A DNA stretch of 64,000 bases from the NCBI GenBank assembly GCA_028291945.1, contig JAQGNH010000043.1, positions 6,522-70,521 of the forward strand, given 5' to 3'. Numbering within the stretch: the first letter of the stretch is position 1; every line of letters starts with the position of its first letter. This DNA comes from Betaproteobacteria bacterium (lineage in GTDB: Bacteria > Pseudomonadota > Gammaproteobacteria > Burkholderiales > SG8-41). The translations under genes were made by a program, and so were the position numbers. This document shows positions 49,442 through 58,370 of the stretch, one piece after another. The notes below the pieces were generated by a model that worked only from the letters and a program-made list of their open reading frames with translations, made no database searches and was not told where the DNA came from.

Positions 49442-50744
49442 CTCTTATCGGCACCTCGAGCCGTGCCCGCAACCCACCGCCCTCTCTCGACAGCAGCCTG
49501 ATGTTGCCGCCGTGCATGCCCGCAATTCTGTCGACGATCGCCAGGCCTAGTCCCGTGCCGCTGCCGCTGCGCGCCGTGTCGAGGCGCGTAAACGGCTGGA
49601 GCATGCGCTCGACGGCGTCCTCAGGAATTCCAGGGCCTCGATCGAGCACTTCTAGATAGACGCGATCTCCGTCCTCGCCGGTTACGAGCTCCACTTCTCC
49701 ACCTCCGTGCCGCAACGCGTTGTCGATCAGGTTGCCGATCAGCCTCTGCATGGCACGCGGTCGCAGCGACAGCGGACGTGCCTCGCCGAGCGTGCTGCGC
49801 ACGGGTTTACCGCTGAGAACGTAGCGTGCAACGACGTTTTCGGCGAGCGTGTTCAAATCCGTTCCGGGGACTGCTTCTTCTGTGTCGCGCAGCCTGGCGA
49901 AATCGAGGAACTGGCCAATCGCCGTATCGATGTCTTCGATATCCTGAACGAGACCTTCCTTGAGCTCGTCGTCTTCTTTGTCACCCATCATCTCGAGTCC
50001 GAGACGTATGCGTGAGAGCGGCGTGCGCAAGTCGTGCGAAACCCCGGCGAGCAGCAGTGCGCGCTCGTCATCGAGCCGCTGGAGGTCGGCTGCCATCTGG
50101 TTGAATGCCTGCGCCAGTGTGCCGATCTCGGACGGTCCGGATTCGGTCACGGGCTGTGGTGTCGTTCCACGTCCCATCTGTCCTGCCGCACGCGTGAGCT
50201 CGCGCAACGGCCGGTTGATGAGCGAGACAATGAAATAGGCGCCGCCGAGCGCGAGTATCAGGACGAGTGCTCCCCAGCCTATCCAGCGCAGGGGCTCGTT
50301 GCGCTCGATACGAGAGCGCGGCATGTGCATCCAGTAACCGTCTTTGTCGATGTTGAAGCTAACCCAGAGGCCCCTGACGCCTCCGCGGCTCAGGGTTATC
50401 AGGGTTTCGGGCCCGAGCTGACGCCGCAGCTCACTTGCGACTTCCTGAACGAAGTCTCTATCGGGAAGAGGTGCGATGCGCTCACCGGGCGCGGCGAGAT
50501 AGACTTGTATGCTCTCCGACTGAGACAGCTCGGAAAGCAGGTCGAAGCGCTTGGCGGGGTCAGCCGTGATGAGCGCCCAGCGCGTGAGATTAATGACGCT
50601 CGCGATCTGCTGTGCCGTCTGGAGTGCACGCGGCGCGCGCTCGCTCGCGCGAAAAATCTGCAGCCACGCGAGATTCGCGACGACGAGCAGCAGGGCGATA
50701 AACAACACACTGCGCCACAGCAGTGAGCGCGGCCAAAGCCTCAT
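49344..50744 (-). CDS. envZ: EnvZ-like sensor histidine kinase
   Basis: It has two TM segments, a HAMP domain, the H-box GVSHDLRTPL, and the ATPase motifs DNALRHG and GTGLGLAIV. The start is the ATG at 50744 (MRLWPRS) or the GTG at 50759. The last ~30 codons derive from the repeat. Confidence 0.85.
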   Translation of the reverse strand: MRLWPRSLLWRSVLFIALLLVVANLAWLQIFRASERAPRALQTAQQIASVINLTRWALITADPAKRFDLLSELSQSESIQVYLAAPGERIAPLPDRDFVQEVASELRRQLGPETLITLSRGGVRGLWVSFNIDKDGYWMHMPRSRIERNEPLRWIGWGALVLILALGGAYFIVSLINRPLRELTRAAGQMGRGTTPQPVTESGPSEIGTLAQAFNQMAADLQRLDDERALLLAGVSHDLRTPLSRIRLGLEMMGDKEDDELKEGLVQDIEDIDTAIGQFLDFARLRDTEEAVPGTDLNTLAENVVARYVLSGKPVRSTLGEARPLSLRPRAMQRLIGNLIDNALRHGGGEVELVTGEDGDRVYLEVLDRGPGIPEDAVERMLQPFTRLDTARSGSGTGLGLAIVDRIAGMHGGNIRLLSREGGGLRARLEVPIRDVSGQVPAVRPKPSAVSHQTKNPSAVSGQASA

Positions 50745-50762
50745 GCGCTGTGCTGACACAGC

Positions 50763-50854
50763 CTGATTCGTGACCCGTGATCCGTGACTCGACTATACCG
50801 GCCGTGGTTACGCACGCTGAAATCGGACGAATCACAAATCACGAATCACCCGTC
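50763..50854. repeat. Inverted-repeat spacer element with heptamer arms, between ompR and envZ
   Basis: Left arm ctgattc gtgaccc gtgatcc gtgactc (50763-90). Right arm acgaatc acaaatc acgaatc acccgtc (50827-54). The last unit overlaps the ompR stop codon. Confidence 0.85.
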
Positions 50855-51587
50855 ACGCAGTCTGCTTCGGTTCGCCATCGGGAATGAACACGTAACCGAA
50901 ACCCCACACGGTTTGTATGAACGCGGGTTTGGCCGCATCGGGCTCGATGAGCTTTCGCAGGCGCGAGATCTGGACATCGATACTGCGATCGAACGCGCCG
51001 AATTCGCGCCCCCGGGCAAGCTCCATCAGCTTGTCGCGCGATAACGGAACGCGCGGATGCTGAACGAGAACCTTGAGCAGGGCGAATTCACCGGTGGTGA
51101 GGGTCACGTCGTCGCCGCTTTTGGTGAGATTGCGCGTGGCGAGATTCAGACGGAACTCACCGAACTCGGCGATTTGCGCATCCGCACTCGGCGCGCCCGG
51201 AGGCGCCGGCACCGGCCGACGCCGCAGCACGGCCTGGATGCGTGCCACGAGCTCCCGTGGATTGAACGGCTTTGCGAGATAATCGTCGGCGCCCACCTCG
51301 AGACCGACGATCCGATCGACATCGTCACCTTTCGCTGTGAGCATGATGATCGGCATATCTTCGTTGCCGCCGCGCAGACGCCGACAAATCGAGAGTCCGT
51401 CCTCACCGGGCAGCATGAGATCCAGAATCATCAGGTCGTAGCGCTCGCGCGCGAGCTGACGATTCATTTCCGTGGCGTTCGATACGGTGCGCACGCTGTA
51501 GCCCTGCTCTCCCAGATAGCGGTTGAGCAAGTCGCGCAGGCGCGCGTCGTCGTCGACGACCAGAACCTTGGTCTTGTGCTCTGACAT
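50853..51587 (-). CDS. ompR: OmpR-family response regulator
   Basis: KVLVVDDDARLRDLL...DLMILDLMLPGEDG, with a winged-helix C-terminus IQTVWGFGYVF. Confidence 0.95.
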   Translation of the reverse strand: MSEHKTKVLVVDDDARLRDLLNRYLGEQGYSVRTVSNATEMNRQLARERYDLMILDLMLPGEDGLSICRRLRGGNEDMPIIMLTAKGDDVDRIVGLEVGADDYLAKPFNPRELVARIQAVLRRRPVPAPPGAPSADAQIAEFGEFRLNLATRNLTKSGDDVTLTTGEFALLKVLVQHPRVPLSRDKLMELARGREFGAFDRSIDVQISRLRKLIEPDAAKPAFIQTVWGFGYVFIPDGEPKQTA

Positions 51588-51627
51588 GGCCGCAATCGTA
51601 ACGACTTGCGTTTATCCCTTCCAGTTC

Positions 51628-51676
51628 TTTGTAACACTTTATTGCGCCGGGTGAGCCCGAAACAAACTGTTACAAA
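51628..51676. promoter_or_regulatory. Candidate response-regulator operator (inverted TTTGTAAC / GTTACAAA) in the divergent promoter region
   Basis: tttgtaac (51628-35) and gttacaaa (51669-76). GTAAC/GTTAC half-sites resemble OmpR/CpxR-type boxes. Confidence 0.3.
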
Positions 51677-51772
51677 AAACGCCTGAGCGGGGATGCCCTG
51701 GTGCATCCCAATCCCATAGCATCCGATCACCCCTACCGACAAGAGGTGGCATATGAAACGAGGAGAGCACAA

Positions 51773-52084
51773 ATGGGAATATTCAAAGGCGCGGTGGTCG
51801 TCGCCGCAATGGTACTCGCAGCGCCCGTATGGGCAGACGGCGGACACGGACACGACCGAGGCTGGGACGACGGCGGTAGGCGCGGGCATCGTCATCACTG
51901 GGACCGGGACGATTACCGTCGCGGGGGGCGGTATTACGGACATCAGCACCGGCATTGGGATCGCACACCCCGGAGCGACTACTACAACCAGCACTACTAC
52001 GCGCCGCCGCCGGCCTATGGATACCTCGCGCCCGCGCCGGGTGTGCACATCGTAGCGCCCAACGTGTACATCCCGTTTCGTTGA
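51773..52084 (+). CDS. Small secreted His/Arg/Tyr-rich protein
   Basis: The RBS aggagag precedes the ATG at 51773. MGIFKGAVVVAAMVLAAPVWA is a signal peptide, followed by GHGHDRGWDDGGRRGHRHHWDRDDYRRGGRYYGHQHRHW. Confidence 0.5.
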   Translation: MGIFKGAVVVAAMVLAAPVWADGGHGHDRGWDDGGRRGHRHHWDRDDYRRGGRYYGHQHRHWDRTPRSDYYNQHYYAPPPAYGYLAPAPGVHIVAPNVYIPFR

Positions 52085-52118
52085 TTGTTTACGCAAACAA
52101 ATAGAGGAAGGAACCCAT

Positions 52119-52475
52119 ATGAAAACCTGGATCACTGCAATCGCGCTGCTTGCCGCTACCGCGCCGGCCATGGCGTACCAGAACGTACGAGACGCGTCGA
52201 TCAATGATCGCGAATATCGGCTGGAGCAGCGCATGGAGCACGGCTTGCGCACGGGCGAGCTCACGCGCAGCGAATACCGGCGACTGCGTTACGAGTTGCG
52301 CGACATCCAACGCAACGAGCAGTTCTTCCTGTCGGACGGCCGTTTGTCGCCGCGTGAGCGAGACCAGCTGCATGCTCGCCTGGATAACCTCTCGCGTGAG
52401 ATTTATCGGCAACAACAGGACGTCGAGCGGCGTGGTGGGTTCTATAATGGGAATTACGCCGAAAGGCGCTACTAA
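52119..52475 (+). CDS. Small secreted Arg/Glu-rich helical protein
   Basis: The RBS gaggaagg is present. MKTWITAIALLAATAPAMA is a signal peptide. 118 aa. Confidence 0.55.
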   Translation: MKTWITAIALLAATAPAMAYQNVRDASINDREYRLEQRMEHGLRTGELTRSEYRRLRYELRDIQRNEQFFLSDGRLSPRERDQLHARLDNLSREIYRQQQDVERRGGFYNGNYAERRY

Positions 52476-52490
52476 GGCGACAGAAGAAGC

Positions 52491-52766
52491 ATGAAACGTG
52501 ATCTGTTCGCGTTCGTGGTGGCAGCCGGGCTCGTCGCCGGCTCGGCTGCAGCCGGCGCATGGGAACTACAGAGCGCCTATGCGCAGGCTCAACCGCAGAA
52601 GGGCGCGCCTGGGCCCGGCTCCGAGCGCGGGGATCACGCACGGGACAATCGCGGTGAACGTCGCGACGAGCGGCGGGACCGCATGACCGACGATGAGCGC
52701 CGCGCCCTACAGCGCGACCTCGAAAAGGCGAATCGCGAGCTTTACGGGCGGCGCCCCCAGAAATAA
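52491..52766 (+). CDS. Small secreted charged protein
   Basis: It has a signal peptide, MKRDLFAFVVAAGLVAGSAAAGA. 91 aa with an RDERRDRMTDDERRALQRDLEKANRELY tail. Confidence 0.5.
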   Translation: MKRDLFAFVVAAGLVAGSAAAGAWELQSAYAQAQPQKGAPGPGSERGDHARDNRGERRDERRDRMTDDERRALQRDLEKANRELYGRRPQK

Positions 52767-52776
52767 GGGAGGGTTG

Positions 52777-54246
52777 ATGCGGCTTCGGGTGCGACAGCTG
52801 ATCCCGATGATTGTCGGCATCGCGCTGAGTGCTGCTCATGCCGCTTCGCCGCCACTCGGAGTCGATGACGCGCGCCATCTGCTCTCTCGCACGAGCTTTG
52901 CGGCTACGCCTGCAGCAACCGAGAGCTACGCACGCCTCACGCGAGAGCAGGCGCTCGATCGCTTGCTTGCGACCACTCGCCAGCAGGCGACCACTCCACC
53001 GCCCGCCTGGACCAGCGCGCCGTTCGAATCTCTGCGCCGGTTTCGTACCGCGAGCGGGGAGGAGCGCCAGGCGCTGCAACGCCAGCGTCGCGAGGAAGGG
53101 CTCGAGCTGCGCGCATGGTGGCTGGATGAAATGCGGCGGACGCCATCGCCGCTCACCGAGAAAATGGCACTCTTCTGGCACAACCATTTCGTCTCGAGCG
53201 ATCAGAAGGTGCGCTCACCGCAGCTGATGTATCGGCAGAATGCGCTGCTGCGGCGGCACGCGCTCGGCAATTTCGGAACGCTGCTCCACGAGATCGCCCG
53301 CGATCCGGCGATGGTGATATACCTCGACAACGCGTCGAACCGGAAAGGTCAGCCGAACGAGAATTTCGCGCGCGAAGTGATGGAGCTTTTTACGCTGGGA
53401 GAGGGACACTACAGCGAACCGGACATCAAGGAGGCGGCACGCGCGTTTACCGGCTGGGGCATCGAGCCCGATCGCGGCGAGTTCGTGTTTCGGACTGCGC
53501 TGCACGATGAGGGTTACAAAAATGTCCTCGGTCGTGGCGGCTACATGAACGGCGATGACGTCCTGAATGTTCTGCTCGCGCAGCCGCGCACCGCCGAGCT
53601 CATCGTCGAAAAGCTGTGGCGCGAATTCGTTTCACCCGCACCCGACCCGGCTGAAGTAAGGCGGATCGCGCGCATTTTCCGGGACAGCGGCTACGAGATC
53701 AAGGCGGCGTTGCGCGCGCTGTTCACCTCGGACGCGTTCTATGCACCGCAGTATCGCGCCGCTCTGATCAAGTCCCCGGTGGAGCTTATCGTCGGTACGC
53801 TGCGGCAGTTCGACTTCGCCACAGGCCAAATGCTGCCATTTGCATTCTCCGCGGCGCAGCTGGGTCAAAACCTGTTCGCACCACCCAATGTTAAAGGGTG
53901 GCCAGGCGGCGAAGCCTGGATCAACTCGACGACGCTGCTCGCACGCAAACAGCTCCTCGAGCGGCTCTTCAGAGAGGAAGACCCGCGACCCGTGGCCGCT
54001 GCGATGGAGAACGAAAGGCCAACGGGCAGTGGGATGATCGACAACGGTCGTGAGCGGCTGCTGCGCGCCCTCGCGGATGTGAGGTTCGATTCCACGCAGT
54101 GGTTCGCGCAGCTCAAGAGCTTGGACGGCGAAGCCGTGCAGCGCGCCGTTCTCGCGGCGGCGCCGGGCAACCCAATCCCCGCTGACGTGCGAGGCCTGCA
54201 GGCGCTGCGACTTCTCACGCAAGATCCGGTGTATCAGTTGAAGTGA
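52777..54246 (+). CDS. DUF1800 domain-containing protein
   Basis: The RBS aagggaggg precedes the ATG at 52777. LFWHNHFVSS and ENFAREVMELFTLGEGHYSEPDIKEAARAFTGW are hallmark DUF1800 motifs. Confidence 0.85.
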   Translation: MRLRVRQLIPMIVGIALSAAHAASPPLGVDDARHLLSRTSFAATPAATESYARLTREQALDRLLATTRQQATTPPPAWTSAPFESLRRFRTASGEERQALQRQRREEGLELRAWWLDEMRRTPSPLTEKMALFWHNHFVSSDQKVRSPQLMYRQNALLRRHALGNFGTLLHEIARDPAMVIYLDNASNRKGQPNENFAREVMELFTLGEGHYSEPDIKEAARAFTGWGIEPDRGEFVFRTALHDEGYKNVLGRGGYMNGDDVLNVLLAQPRTAELIVEKLWREFVSPAPDPAEVRRIARIFRDSGYEIKAALRALFTSDAFYAPQYRAALIKSPVELIVGTLRQFDFATGQMLPFAFSAAQLGQNLFAPPNVKGWPGGEAWINSTTLLARKQLLERLFREEDPRPVAAAMENERPTGSGMIDNGRERLLRALADVRFDSTQWFAQLKSLDGEAVQRAVLAAAPGNPIPADVRGLQALRLLTQDPVYQLK

Positions 54247-54299
54247 ATGAGCGGCCGCATTCCGGCTGAAGACCCTGAACGGCATCGAGAGAGGCGGCT

Positions 54300-55457
54300 A
54301 TGAATAGACGTGACTTCCTGACGAGCGTGGGCGCAGCCACCGTCGCAGCACTTGTCCCGACCGCCGCGTTAGCTGGCCCGCGCCCCGATTACAGCAATCT
54401 CCTGATCCTGATCGAGCTCAAAGGCGGCAACGATGGCTTGAACACCGTGATCCCCTACAGCTCGGGCGAGTATTACAGCCTTCGACCGCGAATCGCTATT
54501 CCCCGCGACCAGGTTTTGCAGCTCGACAGCGCAACGGGTCTGCATCCTGCGCTGGAGCCGTTGATGCCACTGTGGCGAAGCCGCGAACTGGCGATCGTCC
54601 AGGGAATGGGTTACCCGAGCCCGAACCTGTCCCATTTCCGATCGATCGAAATCTGGGATACCGCGGCGAACAGCAGCGAATATCTGAATGAAGGCTGGCT
54701 TACCCGGGCTTTTGTCCAGACGCCGCCGGCACGCTCCTTTGCGGCTGATGGCGTCATCGTGGGCGCCGCGGAATTGGGCCCGATGGCAGGTAGCGGGACG
54801 CGGGCGATCGCGCTCACGAATCCGGAGCAGTTCATACGTCAGGCGCGATTCGCTGCGCCGACGATGCAGGCGAGCAGTGGCGCGTTGCGCCACATACTCA
54901 AGGTTGAGTCCGACATCGTGCACGCCGCAGCCGGGATTACGGCGGACTACCCGCTGCAGACCGAGTTCGCGAAGACGCCATTCGGCAATGCCATTCGGAC
55001 GGCCGCGCAGGTGGTTGCGAGCAAAGCGGGCGTAGCGGCGATCAAAGTGTCGCTGAACGGGTTCGATACCCACAGCGCTCAGCAGGGGACGCAGGCGCGG
55101 CTCCTCAAGGACCTCGCTGAGGGCCTCGCGGCGCTGAAGAGTGCGCTCGTGGAAACGGGACGCTGGCAGTCGAGCCTGATCCTCACCTACGCGGAGTTCG
55201 GGCGGCGCCCGGCCGAGAATCAGAGCGGCGGCACGGACCATGGAACTGCAAGCGCCCATTTCGTGCTGGGTGGCAGGGTCAAGGGGGGGCTCTACGGCGA
55301 GGCGCCGTCATTGAACGGACTGGACGGGAATGGCAATCTCGCCCGCTCCGTGGACTTCCGCGAGCTGTATGCGACGGTGCTCGAGCGCTGGTGGGGCACA
55401 GACTCTGCAGCAGTCCTGCGGGGACGCTACACCCCGCTCGACCTGGTGCGCGCCTGA
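54300..55457 (+). CDS. DUF1501 domain-containing protein (sulfatase-like fold) with a Tat signal
   Basis: MNRRDFLTSVGAATVAALVPTAALA is a twin-arginine signal. GGNDGLN and GGTDHG are present. It is the usual partner of DUF1800. Confidence 0.85.
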   Translation: MNRRDFLTSVGAATVAALVPTAALAGPRPDYSNLLILIELKGGNDGLNTVIPYSSGEYYSLRPRIAIPRDQVLQLDSATGLHPALEPLMPLWRSRELAIVQGMGYPSPNLSHFRSIEIWDTAANSSEYLNEGWLTRAFVQTPPARSFAADGVIVGAAELGPMAGSGTRAIALTNPEQFIRQARFAAPTMQASSGALRHILKVESDIVHAAAGITADYPLQTEFAKTPFGNAIRTAAQVVASKAGVAAIKVSLNGFDTHSAQQGTQARLLKDLAEGLAALKSALVETGRWQSSLILTYAEFGRRPAENQSGGTDHGTASAHFVLGGRVKGGLYGEAPSLNGLDGNGNLARSVDFRELYATVLERWWGTDSAAVLRGRYTPLDLVRA

Positions 55458-55646
55458 GCGGGTCTTCCGCCGGGGGATTTACACCGTATTTCTGGGCCGA
55501 GCAAAGGCATACAAATCCGTGGGCTAAGGCCCCAAGCTCAGCCTTTGTTCTCGCGTTCTCCCGCGCCCGCGGCTAGAATGTAGTCGAGCGGCGGAGCCCC
55601 CGCTTAATGTCGCAGGCATAAAAATAGAAGCCGGGAGACAGGATAC

Positions 55647-56777
55647 ATGTTAGCCACACGTATACGGCAGAAGGACGGCGTTTTCTACTTCGCCAGTTAC
55701 CCTGCCAAGGACGTTCTGGACAAGGTGCGGTTCATCAGTCGCTTCTACGGTGAAGGCGACGACATTGCACCGCACACCGTTCCCCAGAACGACGAAATCG
55801 CCCAGTTCATTGCCCGCGTCGAGCGCACGGACGAGGCGTTTCAGCGGCAGCTCTCGCGCGCGAAGGTCCGGGCGCTTCGAAATTTCTACGAAATGGCGGT
55901 GAGCCAGCCGCCGATCCCCGGCACGGTGCTTCTGTTTACGGCCGAGACGTTGCGCTTCAGCGCGACCAACAGCGATACGGTCGGAAACTTGCAGGAACCC
56001 ACTGCGCGCTATCTCATCATCGATGGCCAGCATCGCCTTGCTGCGCTGCGCTTCTATCTGAAGGAGCATCCGGCCGAAGCAGCGAGCATCAATGTGCCCT
56101 GCGTCATCTTCGATGGACGCAGCGAAGATTTCGCCGCGGAAATGTTCGTTATCATCAACTCGACGCCGACTCGCATCAACAAGAGTCACCTGGTCGACCT
56201 GTACGAGCGCGTGTCGTGGGCCGAGCCCGACCGCCGGTTCGCCGCACGGCTGGTCGAAGACCTCTACAAGGAAGACGACAGTCCGCTGCAGTACCGGATC
56301 AACCGGTTGGGCGGGCGCAGTCAGCAGGACAAGTGGATACTCCAGGCTGAGCTATTCAACGAGCTGCACCGATGGGTCAGCGCGGACTGGAAGAAAATCC
56401 GGCAGCACTCGAATACCTACCGTGAGGGCGAAAAGTATTACGGCATGGTGCGCGACTTCTTCAAATCGGCGGAGAAGGTGTGGGGCGACGCGTGGGGCAA
56501 CGACAATTACATGGTGACCAAGCCGGTGACCATCAAAGCCATGGTGCGTGTGTGCGCCGATCTTGCCCGGACGGAGGGTGATCCGGCCGAAGGGCGGGTG
56601 AAACGCTGGGAAGAGCGCCTGTCATCGTGGAAAGAACAGCAGCGCGCGTTCCGGTCCGACGGTTTTTACGAACGCTTTCCCGCCAAAGGGCAGATCGAGC
56701 GCGTCGCACGCATTCATCGAGATCTTGCCAAGTGGGCAGGCATTGAGACGCGCAGCCCCGCTAAGGCGCGGGAATAG
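55647..56777 (+). CDS. DGQHR domain-containing protein (DndB/DpdB-like, ParB-nuclease superfamily)
   Basis: The motifs AFQRQL, IIDGQHRLAAL and EMFVIINSTPTRINKSH are present. 376 aa. No dnd or dpd partner genes are adjacent. Confidence 0.8.
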   Translation: MLATRIRQKDGVFYFASYPAKDVLDKVRFISRFYGEGDDIAPHTVPQNDEIAQFIARVERTDEAFQRQLSRAKVRALRNFYEMAVSQPPIPGTVLLFTAETLRFSATNSDTVGNLQEPTARYLIIDGQHRLAALRFYLKEHPAEAASINVPCVIFDGRSEDFAAEMFVIINSTPTRINKSHLVDLYERVSWAEPDRRFAARLVEDLYKEDDSPLQYRINRLGGRSQQDKWILQAELFNELHRWVSADWKKIRQHSNTYREGEKYYGMVRDFFKSAEKVWGDAWGNDNYMVTKPVTIKAMVRVCADLARTEGDPAEGRVKRWEERLSSWKEQQRAFRSDGFYERFPAKGQIERVARIHRDLAKWAGIETRSPAKARE

Positions 56778-56930
56778 GCTGCCGGTGACGGCTTCGGCCA
56801 GAGACTGAACAGCCCGCGACATCCCTTCCTAGGGGACTCGTGCGGTCGATTTGGGATCTGACAGGCGGACAGTCCGTTAGAGTTGATCTCACAATCCGGC
56901 CGGCGTTACGCTTCTTCCAGGGAGGTGGAA

Positions 56931-57895
56931 GTGCGTATCAAATCGTTGTTTCTTCTGTTTTCGATCGCGTGCAGCATCTGCCTAGCGGCGGTCGCCTGCG
57001 CGCAGAATTTTCCCGAGCGGCCGGTCACGCTGATCGTGCCGTGGAGTCCGGGAGGTGGCACAGACGTCGCGATGCGCGCGCTTGCCGATACGACCAGCAA
57101 GCACCTGGGCCAGCGGGTGATCGTGGAAAACAGGGCGGGTGCAGCAGGCACGATAGGGCCCGCGTGGATGGCGAAGAATGGCAAGTCCGACGGCTACGTC
57201 GTATCGCAGATGCCGATCACGGTTTTTCGCCTGCCGCACATGACCAAAACCGATTTCGACCCGCTCAACGATTTCACCTGGATCATTCACCTCACCGGCT
57301 ACACCTTCGGCGTGGTCGTACGGGCCGACTCGCCGTTGAAGACATGGCAGGACCTGATCGCCTACGCGCGAGCCAATCCGGGCAAGCTGAGCTACGGCAC
57401 ACCCGGCACCGGCACCAGCTTGCATATCACGATGGAAGACATCGCGGTACGCGAAGGCGTGAAGCTGCTGCACGTGCCCTTCAAGGCAACGCCGATGCGA
57501 CGGCGGCGCTGCTCGGCGGCCATATCATGGCGTCTGCCGACTCGACGGGGTGGGGCGAGCTCGTCGACGCCGGCAAATTGCGAATGCTCGTGACCTGGGG
57601 TGCGCAGCGCACCAAGCGCTGGCCCACCGTGCCGACGTTGAAGGAAGTCGGCTACAACATCGTCTCGGTCTCCCCTTATGGCATTGCGGATCCCAAGGGG
57701 ATGGATGCCAAGGTGGTCAGGGTGCTGCATGACGCGTTCAAAAAAGGCATGGAAGAGCCCGCTTTTCAAAAAATACTCGAGCGTCTGGACCAGCAGGAAA
57801 ACTTCTACATGAACAGCGAAGACTACGCGCGCTACGCGAAGAAGACGTTCGACGAAGAAAGACTGTACGTCGAACGCATGGGTCTGAAACAGTAG
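56931..57895 (+). pseudogene. Bug/TctC-family substrate-binding protein with a 1-nt frameshift
   Basis: The GTG at 56931 follows GGAGG. Frame A reads ...AQNFPERPVTLIVPWSPGGGTDV...LLHVPFK. The family-conserved continuation GNADATAALLGGHIMASADSTGW... lies in the -1 frame. The junction ttcaaggcaac at 57480-90 lacks one G of the expected ttc aag ggc aac. Confidence 0.75.
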
Positions 57896-57994
57896 CGGGC
57901 GAAAGCAGCAGCAACGTAGATCTAAAGCGCGGCGCAAGCCCCGCTTTGCGTTCCTGCTGCGCGGCTTGAGCTGTGCAGCAGGTAGCAACGCAGA

Positions 57995-58345
57995 TTATTT
58001 CGCCGCCACGCACATGATCTCGACGAGCGTATCGGGAGAGCCGAGCAGCGCTTGAACCGTCGCACGCGCCGGCGGATTGCGCGGATCGACCCAGGCGAGC
58101 CATGCCTCGTCCATCTGCGGCTTCAATTTCATGTCGTTCACATAGACCGTGGCGGTAAGTATCCGTGATTTGTTCGTGCCGCATTTCTTGAGCAGATCAT
58201 CGATCTGACGCAACACGTCCTGTGTCTGTTCTTTCATTCCGACGTTCAACTTTTCAGCCACCTGGCCCGCAAGATAAACGGCGCCGTTGTATTCGACGGC
58301 GTCAGAAAGCTTGCGATCGGGGTTGTGTCTCACGATGTCATTCAT
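57995..58345 (-). CDS. RidA/YjgF family protein
   Basis: 116 aa. ...GAVYLAGQV...ARATVQALLGSPDTLVEIMCVAAK. Confidence 0.85.
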   Translation of the reverse strand: MNDIVRHNPDRKLSDAVEYNGAVYLAGQVAEKLNVGMKEQTQDVLRQIDDLLKKCGTNKSRILTATVYVNDMKLKPQMDEAWLAWVDPRNPPARATVQALLGSPDTLVEIMCVAAK

Positions 58346-58370
58346 TAGTTCTAATCCTTAAAAGTTCAAA

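Noticed and set aside
56840-56930. An upstream extension of the TctC reading frame (ORF 56840..57895, N-terminal part MRSIWDLTGGQSVRV...).
   Set aside because: This frame becomes TctC-like only after the frameshift at about 57486. Before that it is Arg-rich nonsense overlapping the true N-terminal frame, which has an RBS, a GTG start and a signal peptide at 56931.
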